Positions 1 through 7,185 of a stretch of 42,010 bases of DNA are shown here, piece by piece. Origin of the DNA: Patescibacteria group bacterium (GTDB lineage Bacteria > Patescibacteriota > Microgenomatia > UBA8517); contig JBBTWD010000012.1 in the NCBI GenBank assembly GCA_038062915.1, forward strand, positions 1 through 42,010, in the 5' to 3' direction. Positions within the stretch are counted from its first letter, which is position 1. Each line of letters opens with the position of its first letter. The notes under the pieces are model-generated. The model saw only the letters and a program-made list of their open reading frames with translations. It had not been told where the DNA came from and did not search any database. A program made the position numbers and the translations under genes.

Positions 1-35
1 TTAAACCTACGTGTATACCATTCCACCACCCGCGC
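1..35 (-). tRNA. tRNA-Leu-type gene, 5' half only (cut by window edge); anticodon not fully visible
   Basis: Reverse complement GCGCGGG-TG-GTGGAATGGTATACAC-G-TAGGT-TT-AA..., same acceptor and D-arm layout as the two complete Leu tRNAs. Confidence 0.8.
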
Positions 36-48
36 TTAAAAACCTGGG

Positions 49-133
49 TGCAGATGGGAGGATTTGAACCTCCAAGAGTTTTAACACTCATACGGCCCTG
101 AACCGTACGCGTCTGCCGTTCCGCCACACCTGC
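49..133 (-). tRNA. tRNA-Leu(CAG)
   Basis: Acceptor GCAGGTG/CATCTGC, anticodon arm TACGG-TTCAGGG-CCGTA, long variable arm, GGTTCAAATCC T-arm; no encoded CCA. Confidence 0.95.
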
Positions 134-202
134 AAATTTATCCAAGCTTGATCATTATATCAAAACTTGACACAAAATTCTTTATATGACATCCTGAAAA
201 CT

Positions 203-802
203 ATGGAATACAGCTGGGAGGATAATTTTTCTTTTTGGAAAAGTCTTTTTTTTGTAGCTGTTTTTTTTACTATAGCACCAATCACAATTGGGGTAAGCCT
301 TTTTTCCCTTATCTCTTTAAAATATATCCCAAAAGGGTCGGTTGTTAATACAAGTGGTGTTAGAATATATGCATCTCTACCCAATAGTTTTCCATCAATA
401 AACGGTAGTGTTGAAGCAACTGACGCCAGAGTGGAAATTATCAGACAATACCTGACTAACTATAAATCAAGTCTTGAACCCCACGCGAGTTTTATTGTTC
501 AAACTTCTGATAAATATGGTTTGGATTATCGGCTTATCACCGCCATTGCACAACAGGAAAGCAATCTTTGTAAATTAATCCCTCCCTCCTCTTTCAATTG
601 CTGGGGCTGGGGGATTCATAGTGAAGGCACTTTAGGTTTTGGTTCATTTGAACAGGGAATTGAGGTAGTCTCAAAGGGATTAAAGGAGCAATATTTAGAT
701 AAGGGGTATGTTTCTCCAGAACAAATTATGAGTAAATACACACCTCTTTCAAATGGCTCATGGGCCAGTGGTGTAAACCAATTTATGAACGAGATGGAGT
801 AA
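203..802 (+). CDS. Membrane-anchored lysozyme-like/glucosaminidase-family peptidoglycan hydrolase
   Basis: N-terminal TM helix; YGLDYRLITAIAQQES and NCWGWG motifs; the track start TTG at 167 is part of a TTGACA box, so ATG 203 is preferred. Confidence 0.7.
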   Translation: MEYSWEDNFSFWKSLFFVAVFFTIAPITIGVSLFSLISLKYIPKGSVVNTSGVRIYASLPNSFPSINGSVEATDARVEIIRQYLTNYKSSLEPHASFIVQTSDKYGLDYRLITAIAQQESNLCKLIPPSSFNCWGWGIHSEGTLGFGSFEQGIEVVSKGLKEQYLDKGYVSPEQIMSKYTPLSNGSWASGVNQFMNEME

Positions 803-803
803 T

Positions 804-1562
804 ATGTCCGCAGCATATGATACATACGACTACCTTTCATATTGGATGGGTCGGGACTATGAGCACAACTCCGAAGTAATTGCTATTAAAGATTTAATTA
901 GCAAAATTAAAAAAATAGATACGATCCTGGAAATAGGAGCAGGATTTGGAAGATTGGTGCCATCATATTCATTTAGAGCTAAAAAAGTTATTATTACTGA
1001 TCCTTCTTCAAAACTCTTAAAAATAGCCAGAGAAACAAATATAAATAAGAAAAAATTTAAGTTTATACACTCATCACTTGAAAACTTGCCATCAAAAATA
1101 AAAAATAACTCAATCGACTTAATTATTATGATTAGAGTTACACATCATTTAAAAAATTTAGATTTATCCTTTTCAATTATTAATAAATTTCTTAAGTCAG
1201 GCGGATTTGTTATTTTAGAATATCCAAACAAAACAAATATCAAAACAATGGTTAAACAATTCTTTAAAGGTAATGTTACATATCTTGCTGATATTTCGCC
1301 AGTTGATCTAAGAAGCAAAAGACAGGTGAAAAAAAATACAATACCATTTTTTAATTACCACCCAGATAAAATTAAAGATACCCTAGAGTCACATGGAATT
1401 AGCATACTAGAAACAAGATCTGTATCAAATTTAAGGAGTAGTCCAATCAAAAATGTTTTATCTGTTAACACTCTTTTATATCTAGAGAAAATATTTCAAA
1501 CACCTTTTTCATGGTTATCACTAGGGCCTTCTATATTTGTTCTTGCCAAAAAAAGAGAATAA
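804..1562 (+). CDS. Class I SAM-dependent methyltransferase
   Basis: ILEIGAGFGR motif I; DLIIMIRVTHH; LKSGG. Confidence 0.85.
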   Translation: MSAAYDTYDYLSYWMGRDYEHNSEVIAIKDLISKIKKIDTILEIGAGFGRLVPSYSFRAKKVIITDPSSKLLKIARETNINKKKFKFIHSSLENLPSKIKNNSIDLIIMIRVTHHLKNLDLSFSIINKFLKSGGFVILEYPNKTNIKTMVKQFFKGNVTYLADISPVDLRSKRQVKKNTIPFFNYHPDKIKDTLESHGISILETRSVSNLRSSPIKNVLSVNTLLYLEKIFQTPFSWLSLGPSIFVLAKKRE

Positions 1563-1575
1563 GCGCAGTCAAAAC

Positions 1576-1604
1576 TTGACAACCCTATAGGTCTTTGCTA
1601 TAGT
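1576..1604 (+). promoter_or_regulatory. Sigma70-type promoter for an orphan small RNA
   Basis: TTGACA(1576-1581), 17-nt spacer, TGc-TATAGT(1599-1604). Confidence 0.75.
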
Positions 1605-1610
1605 CATTCC

Positions 1611-1692
1611 TAGATTCCGAGGCTGACCCTGCTTGTCAGGATTTGGCGTTGGGATTTTTATTTGAGGCCGCCGCAAGGCGGCCTCTTCTTTT
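1611..1692 (+). ncRNA. Candidate ~80-nt small RNA (G-U-rich hairpin plus terminator)
   Basis: Lies between a consensus promoter and an intrinsic terminator; no ATG; stems AGATTCCGA/TTGGGATTT, GCTGA/TTGGC, CCTG/CAGG. Confidence 0.55.
1664..1692 (+). terminator. Rho-independent terminator
   Basis: GAGGCCGCC-GCAA-GGCGGCCTC followed by TTCTTTT. Confidence 0.9.
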
Positions 1693-1725
1693 GTCTTAAA
1701 CTTCATGCTGATATAATTAAAGTAT

Positions 1726-1781
1726 GCTCTCGTGGCCTGCCCGCAAGTGCTACGCATAGCGTTGCAGGCGGGCGGAACGGT
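1726..1781 (+). pseudogene. Duplicated 5' end of tRNA-Leu(TAG) interrupted by a 37-nt hairpin
   Basis: GCTCTCGTGG[1736-1772]CGGAACGGT versus GCCCTCGTGGCGGAACGGT at 2044-2062 (18/19 match); preceded by TGaTATAAT at 1709-1717. Confidence 0.8.
1736..1772. repeat. GC-rich REP-like palindromic insert
   Basis: CCTGCC-C-GCAA-G-TGCTA-CGCA-TAGCG-TTGC-A-GGCGGG hairpin. Confidence 0.75.
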
Positions 1782-1792
1782 TTGATTGATTC

Positions 1793-2038
1793 ATGTTTTA
1801 TTACACTTATGTTTTATTAAGTAAAAAAGACTCGAAGTTATATATTGGTTGGTCAAATAATCTTAAAAATAGATTTCAAAAACACAACAAAGGTTTGGTG
1901 AGAGCTACTAAGGACAGGCTTCCACTTAAGCTAATATATTACGAAGCTTGTTTAAGTCAGATTGGTGCGATAGCTAGAGAGAAACAATTAAAAACTGGGT
2001 TTGGAAGAAAATATCTAAAAAATAGGTTAAAATTGTAG
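1793..2038 (+). CDS. Stand-alone GIY-YIG nuclease
   Basis: YTYVL...LYIG...NLKNRFQKHN...AIAREKQLK; Tyr, Arg and Glu of the motif are present. Confidence 0.9.
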   Translation: MFYYTYVLLSKKDSKLYIGWSNNLKNRFQKHNKGLVRATKDRLPLKLIYYEACLSQIGAIAREKQLKTGFGRKYLKNRLKL

Positions 2039-2043
2039 CCTAA

Positions 2044-2124
2044 GCCCTCGTGGCGGAACGGTATACGCGTACGCTTTAGGAGCGTATTCCTAACGGATTA
2101 GAGGTTCAAATCCTCTCGAGGGCA
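2044..2124 (+). tRNA. tRNA-Leu(TAG)
   Basis: Acceptor GCCCTCG/CGAGGGC; anticodon arm TACGC-TTTAGGA-GCGTA; GGTTCAAATCC. Confidence 0.95.
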
Positions 2125-2149
2125 CAAAAAAAGCGTATACTTATATAGT

Positions 2150-2326
2150 ATGAATTTTGAACCTGTCCATATTCACAAAACCCATAAAGGATCATATGAG
2201 AGTATGATATTTTTACTCATACCAATTCTTATATTTGTGACCATAATGCTGTTTATGGTTGCAAAAACAGGCAAGGGAAGTGTCGCGGGAAGTGCTACCG
2301 AGTTGACATATCCTCTTAAAAAATAG
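2150..2326 (+). CDS. 58-aa single-TM small protein (not in ORF track)
   Basis: MNFEPVHIHKTHKGSYESMIFLLIPILIFVTIMLFMVAKTGKGSVAGSATELTYPLKK; TATACT just upstream; co-oriented with the downstream genes. Confidence 0.65.
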   Translation: MNFEPVHIHKTHKGSYESMIFLLIPILIFVTIMLFMVAKTGKGSVAGSATELTYPLKK

Positions 2327-2339
2327 TAAAGTTAATTTA

Positions 2340-2804
2340 ATGAAGAAATTAATAATCGGCTTGGCTTTTCTTCTACTTTTTGTATCAATAACTCCTCGAG
2401 CCACACTAGCACAAAACCGCCAGGAAATTAAAGAGCAAAAGGTCGCCCTAGATCAAAAAAGGCAGGAAAAAATTACAATCTTTTTTGAGAGAATGACCAA
2501 CAAGTATGAAACGGCTATATTAAGGCTTGAAAAATTAATAACTAGAATCGAAACGAGAATTGAAGAAGAAGATATAGAAACTCCAAATGAATTAACTGAA
2601 GCTAAAAAAAGATTAATAATGACTAAATCTAAAATTGAAACAATTAAGATTGATTTTGAGACCATGTTAATCTCGAATAAACCTAAAGAAGTTTTCAAAA
2701 ACGTAGGTAAGGAGTTGAGATTAATTAAGTCAGAACTAGTTGCTATTCACAAACTTTTGGTTAGTACCATTGGGGACATAAAAGGACTGGGGAAAAGGAA
2801 ATGA
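2340..2804 (+). CDS. Secreted coiled-coil hypothetical protein
   Basis: Signal peptide ending TLA; heptad-rich helical body. Confidence 0.75.
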   Translation: MKKLIIGLAFLLLFVSITPRATLAQNRQEIKEQKVALDQKRQEKITIFFERMTNKYETAILRLEKLITRIETRIEEEDIETPNELTEAKKRLIMTKSKIETIKIDFETMLISNKPKEVFKNVGKELRLIKSELVAIHKLLVSTIGDIKGLGKRK

Positions 2805-3034
2805 AGAATAAGCAAAGCTTGGCCGGCTCTGCCGGTAATAATTTTTTATTATCACTAGCAGCATTTTTAGTAATAGCTCTTGGAATAATGAGCTATGTAA
2901 CATATAACCAAAACCTGGCAACTAAAACTTATAGTGAATCAACCCAAGTGGAATCAATACAAAAAGATCTTGATGATACAAGTTTTGACAACCTCGACCT
3001 TGAGTTAAAAAATATCGAGACTGAACTTGAGTGA
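2801..3034 (+). CDS. Small single-TM hypothetical protein
   Basis: Start and stop overlap both neighbours; TM segment followed by an acidic tail. Confidence 0.7.
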   Translation: MKNKQSLAGSAGNNFLLSLAAFLVIALGIMSYVTYNQNLATKTYSESTQVESIQKDLDDTSFDNLDLELKNIETELE

Positions 3035-3519
3035 TTAAACAACTTTTTCTCCCACTAGCAGGCGTTGCAGCTTTTATAGTTTTTGTAGGTCTTTTAGTCA
3101 AAGACCCATCTAAATTTGGATTTGTTAAACCTTCACCAGCTCCAATACAAAAAACAATTAAAATCGCTGAAAAATCTATAAAAATTGAACTGGCTGATAC
3201 TCCCGAAAAACGTTCTAGGGGGCTTTCTGGTAGGTCTTTACTTGAAGAGAATTCAGGTATGTTTTTTACTTTTGACAGTAAGGATACTTTTTCATCATTT
3301 TGGATGAAAGACATGGCAATTCCTATTGATATTATTTGGATTAATGACGACAAAATTGTAAAAATTGATAAAAATGTACCAGTTCCAATAGCCGGGGCAA
3401 AAGATTCAGACTTAAAACTATATAGACCTGATAAACCAATTGATTATGTTTTAGAAGTTAACGCTGGCTTTGCCGACAAAAATAATATTACAGTTGGCCA
3501 AAGCTTATCCGGTCTTTAA
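3031..3519 (+). CDS. DUF192-family protein
   Basis: ELADTPEKRSRGLSGR...GMFF...FWMKDMAIPIDIIW...YVLEVNAG. Confidence 0.9.
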   Translation: MIKQLFLPLAGVAAFIVFVGLLVKDPSKFGFVKPSPAPIQKTIKIAEKSIKIELADTPEKRSRGLSGRSLLEENSGMFFTFDSKDTFSSFWMKDMAIPIDIIWINDDKIVKIDKNVPVPIAGAKDSDLKLYRPDKPIDYVLEVNAGFADKNNITVGQSLSGL

Positions 3520-4540
3520 CTATATCTTTTACTCCAAACCCTCTTGCTGACCCTACTACAAAATTGCCCCATTTCTCATTGATTTTATAAACCGCTTGCT
3601 CTAAATTTTCCTTTTTTATATTTTTATCAAACAAATCAAGCTGTAAATTTGACTTTTCGACTAAATCAAAAAGTCTTACAGAAATTTTATGATCGGAAAC
3701 GTAAAACTCCTTCTTTTTTGCTTTAAACCCGTGTTTCCTAGCTCGCAAGGAGGCTTTTTCAAAAAGCCTAGATATAATGGCAGTGACATTTGTGTCTTTT
3801 GACAATTTAAGAGAAACCTCATTACCAAAACTTTTTCTTTCAAACTTTATATCATCAACCTCATAGCCTCTTAATCTTAAGCTCCAATAACATCCAAGGA
3901 AGGGTTTTTTGTGATTATACAAATCCATTACACTATAAACCCCAATCATATTCAGCCTTGTTGAAACACCTTTTTTTATCCCGGTTAAATCTGTAAGTTT
4001 AAGTTTCGAATAAACGTTTAAATAATTATTTTTATTAATTTCGACAAGCCCGTCGGGCTTAATTAGCCCCGCAGCCACCTTAGCTAAATATCTATTTGGG
4101 GCAATTCCAACAGAAACTGTTATATAGTCTCCAATTTCTTTTCTAATTCTCTCCTTTATCTCCTTGGCTACATCACAAGGTGTAACCTTGTTATCTAAAA
4201 TAAAAACAAATTCGTCGATTGATTTTGGTTCGACTTGGACTGAATACTCACAAAGCAGGTTGTGTAATTTTTTATGAACATCACGATATTTATTTGGATC
4301 TGGTGGTAAAACAATTAATTTGGAATAGATATTCCTGCCATCACTCACTCTCATTCCAGTTTTTATCCCCAGTTTCTTGGCCGTCACAGAAGAAGCTAAA
4401 ATGCAACCATTTGGGGTAGTAAAAGCTGCAACAACAACTGGCCTGTCGCGAATTAGAGGATTTGCTTGTTGTTCAATTGTTGCAAAGCAGGAATTAATAT
4501 CTATTAACATTACATTTGATTTTGCAGGATTAAATTCCAT
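3488..4540 (-). CDS. dinB: Y-family DNA polymerase (DinB/UmuC-like)
   Basis: IDINSCFA, AKKLGIKTGM, SIDE, SVGIAPNRYLAKVA, KPDG; QLDLF clamp-binding motif. Confidence 0.9.
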   Translation of the reverse strand: MEFNPAKSNVMLIDINSCFATIEQQANPLIRDRPVVVAAFTTPNGCILASSVTAKKLGIKTGMRVSDGRNIYSKLIVLPPDPNKYRDVHKKLHNLLCEYSVQVEPKSIDEFVFILDNKVTPCDVAKEIKERIRKEIGDYITVSVGIAPNRYLAKVAAGLIKPDGLVEINKNNYLNVYSKLKLTDLTGIKKGVSTRLNMIGVYSVMDLYNHKKPFLGCYWSLRLRGYEVDDIKFERKSFGNEVSLKLSKDTNVTAIISRLFEKASLRARKHGFKAKKKEFYVSDHKISVRLFDLVEKSNLQLDLFDKNIKKENLEQAVYKINEKWGNFVVGSARGFGVKDIVKDRISFGQL

Positions 4541-4778
4541 GGCCGAAGGACAAACCCTCTAAAATTTCTTCTAACCGCCAGCATAAATTTTTAGTATTAA
4601 GATCAATTTTCAAAAAAACCGAACCTGAAACTACAGAAAAGGTGTGGTGCAGGGTGTCACCCCCTAGGTGTGTGTGGTGAAAACCTATCTTGTCTATTTT
4701 GTAAGTTCTGCCTTTCCAAACTAGATACTTAGGAATATTATTAACTAATCCAACAGAAATAGATTCATTAATTACCAT
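4530..4778 (-). CDS. Small beta-rich protein coupled to dinB (DUF6504-like)
   Basis: PKYLVWKGRTYKI...WRLEEI pattern; overlaps the dinB start. Confidence 0.65.
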   Translation of the reverse strand: MVINESISVGLVNNIPKYLVWKGRTYKIDKIGFHHTHLGGDTLHHTFSVVSGSVFLKIDLNTKNLCWRLEEILEGLSFGHGI

Positions 4779-4791
4779 AACTATTTATGAA

Positions 4792-4807
4792 CCGAATAAA
4801 CACCGAA
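4792..4807 (-). promoter_or_regulatory. Candidate LexA/SOS operator TTCGG-N6-TTCGG
   Basis: Direct repeat immediately after the TTGACT -35 box (4812-4807) of the dinB operon. Confidence 0.6.
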
Positions 4808-4812
4808 GTCAA

Positions 4813-5748
4813 GTGATAAAAAATATAACAGTTGCGATCATCTATATTCTGATAGGTTGGTTTCTAAATACGACGTGGCATTTACCCAAAAACCAAAATA
4901 ATCCTATTTCTCAAATAATCCTCAAGCCATTGGAAAAATATTCAATAGAAAACTTAAGTAAAACAAAGTTTAAAGCAAGTGAGATAAAAGTAGATGGCAA
5001 TTTGTTTAGTTTTTTTGTTGAGGGGAAAAAAGTTACGGGACAAATTAATATCCCAGATGGAGAAGGCCCGTTTCCGGTAATAATCATGTTTAGGGGATAT
5101 GTTGACCAAAAACTATATAAAACAGGGGATGGAACCCGTAGAGCTTCCGAGTATTTTGCTAAAAACGGATTTATTACATTAGCCCCTGATTTTCTGGGCT
5201 ATGGTGGAAGCGACGCTGAAGCTTCTAATATCTTTGAATCCCGCTTTCAAACATATGTAACTGCATTAACATTAATAAATTCAATCACCCAATCATCCAA
5301 TTTACCAATTGACCAATCATTTATATTTTTGTGGGGCCATAGTAATGGGGGACAAATAGCATTAACCACCCTCGAAGTTACTGGCAAAAATTATCCTACA
5401 GCTCTTTGGGCACCGGTATCTAAACCCTTTCCATACTCAATTCTTTATTATACAGACGAGTCAGACGATCATGGTAAATTAATTCGATCTGAACTTGCTA
5501 AATTCGAGCAAAACTATGATGTGGAGAATTATTCGCTAACAAATTACCTAGATAAAATAGTAGCACCCATTGAGCTCCACCAAGGAACAAATGATGATGC
5601 TGTACCAACTTCCTGGTCTGACACTTTAGCAAAGAGACTTACCAATGTTGAATATTTAAAACACCCTGGTGCTGATCATAATTTAAACCCAGCTTGGAAC
5701 CAGTCGGTTAGCCAAAGTTTGCATTTTTATCAAAAGTTTCTACAATGA
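4813..5748 (+). CDS. Membrane-anchored alpha/beta hydrolase (S9 peptidase-like)
   Basis: GHSNGG nucleophile, HQGTNDDAVP, ADHN. Confidence 0.85.
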   Translation: MIKNITVAIIYILIGWFLNTTWHLPKNQNNPISQIILKPLEKYSIENLSKTKFKASEIKVDGNLFSFFVEGKKVTGQINIPDGEGPFPVIIMFRGYVDQKLYKTGDGTRRASEYFAKNGFITLAPDFLGYGGSDAEASNIFESRFQTYVTALTLINSITQSSNLPIDQSFIFLWGHSNGGQIALTTLEVTGKNYPTALWAPVSKPFPYSILYYTDESDDHGKLIRSELAKFEQNYDVENYSLTNYLDKIVAPIELHQGTNDDAVPTSWSDTLAKRLTNVEYLKHPGADHNLNPAWNQSVSQSLHFYQKFLQ

Positions 5749-5851
5749 TATTGTGGTGTTAATAATGAGATTAGCTATGCCCATTACAATACTACGGCAA
5801 CAATTGCCTCAATTGTGCTATCACTTACATCCTGGTTCTTAAACCACCTTA

Positions 5852-6106
5852 CTAGACCCTAGGTTGCATTGGACGAGCCTCGTTAACATTGATCTTTCTT
5901 CCTTTAAGATCGTAGCCATTGAATTTTTCAATAGCTGCTTTTGCCTCATCTGCGCTTGCAAATTCGACAAAACCAAACCCTCTGCTTCTACCTGTCATTT
6001 TATCTGATAAAACAACGGCATCAGTAACATTCCCAGCATCTGCAAACAAAGCTCTTAGATCATCGCTAGTTACTTCCCACGACAAATTTCCTATAAAAAG
6101 TTTAAT
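5852..6106 (-). CDS. RRM RNA-binding protein with probable ATT start
   Basis: RNP2 KLFIGNL and RNP1 RGFGFVEF; in-frame TGA at 6115-6113; GGAGGTGA SD 6 nt before ATT 6106. Confidence 0.9.
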   Translation of the reverse strand: MKLFIGNLSWEVTSDDLRALFADAGNVTDAVVLSDKMTGRSRGFGFVEFASADEAKAAIEKFNGYDLKGRKINVNEARPMQPRV

Positions 6107-6200
6107 ATGAAGTCACCTCCTCTCATGTAAATTACCTTGGGGCTATACCTTACCAATCACTTGGGGCACTACCTCTCAAAGCTAAAATGTATTATAATAC

Positions 6201-6371
6201 ATGGATATGAAAAAGAAAGTATCAAAATTAAACTTGGGCCTACCTGAACTTCTGCGTGGAAAATCAAGGTTTTCTGGAGGAGCTAGTTTTCAAAAAATCG
6301 GTGGTGCAGCTACTAAATTTACACCACCAGCCATTAGAATTACTCAACATAAAGGGGGAGGGGGTAAATGA
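6201..6371 (+). CDS. Small basic Gly-rich protein coupled to tig (not in ORF track; start 6201 or 6207)
   Basis: MDMKKKVSKLNLGLPELLRGKSRFSGGASFQKIGGAATKFTPPAIRITQHKGGGGK; ATGA overlap with tig; TATAAT at 6193-6198. Confidence 0.7.
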   Translation: MDMKKKVSKLNLGLPELLRGKSRFSGGASFQKIGGAATKFTPPAIRITQHKGGGGK

Positions 6372-7174
6372 AATCCGTAGTAGCCAGGCAAAGTGACGGT
6401 ACAGTTCAAATTACGTTCACTATTCCTTTTGATCAAATAGCAAAGGCGCAGGATGAGACAGTTGCCGAAATGGCTCACGATATCGAAGTACCCGGATTTA
6501 GAAAAGGAAAGGCTCCCCTTGATAAAGCTAAAGAAAAAATACCGCAAGCTACTCTTATAGAGCACTCATTAAGGCATATTCTACCCAAGGCCTTAGCTGA
6601 CGCCATAAAAGAACATTCCCTAAAAATCGCAATCTATCCAAAATATGAACTTGTCAATAGTGACCCAAATAAAGACTGGCAAATTAGAGCAGTTACTTGT
6701 GAACTACCGGAAATTAAGCTGGGTGATTACAAAAACAAGATTGCGGGCGAAATTAGAGCTATATCAATTAAAAAAGAGCCTACCAGGGAAGAAAAAGAAC
6801 AAACTGTAATAAAATATTTAATTCAAAACGTTAATTTTACAATTCCGAAAATTCTTATCGAAGAAGAAGTGGGTTCCAGACTATCAAACTTATTGGCTAG
6901 AATTGAAAAGCTAGGTTTAGCACTTGAAGGCTATTTATCTTCAATTGGAAAAACAACAGAATCACTAAGAACTGAATACGAAGCCCAAGCAAAAGATGCG
7001 ATTACAATTGATTTAATATTGAGTAAGATTGTTGGAGATCAAAAAATAAATACCACCGATAAAGAGCTAGACGAGGCCATAAAAGCTGCAAACGCAAAAC
7101 CTGAAAATAAAACTGTGGTGAATTCCATTCTTAAAAAACGCAAGGCACTTGAATTTTTGACAGGTCTGAAGTAG
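6368..7174 (+). CDS. tig: Trigger factor lacking the PPIase domain
   Basis: VPGFRKGKAP ribosome-binding motif; ELPEIKLGDYK; 268 aa. Confidence 0.9.
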   Translation: MKSVVARQSDGTVQITFTIPFDQIAKAQDETVAEMAHDIEVPGFRKGKAPLDKAKEKIPQATLIEHSLRHILPKALADAIKEHSLKIAIYPKYELVNSDPNKDWQIRAVTCELPEIKLGDYKNKIAGEIRAISIKKEPTREEKEQTVIKYLIQNVNFTIPKILIEEEVGSRLSNLLARIEKLGLALEGYLSSIGKTTESLRTEYEAQAKDAITIDLILSKIVGDQKINTTDKELDEAIKAANAKPENKTVVNSILKKRKALEFLTGLK

Positions 7175-7185
7175 ACTATGGGCAA

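Noticed and set aside
1611-1692. SRP (4.5S) RNA identity for the small RNA
   Set aside because: TCAGG is present, but the GGAA tetraloop and AGCAG partner strand of the SRP helix are not
1569-1757. 62-aa minus-strand ORF
   Set aside because: It runs across a promoter, terminator and tRNA remnant that explain the sequence better
1726-2124. Group I intron with homing endonuclease in tRNA-Leu
   Set aside because: No room for a ribozyme core, and the downstream tRNA is complete rather than split
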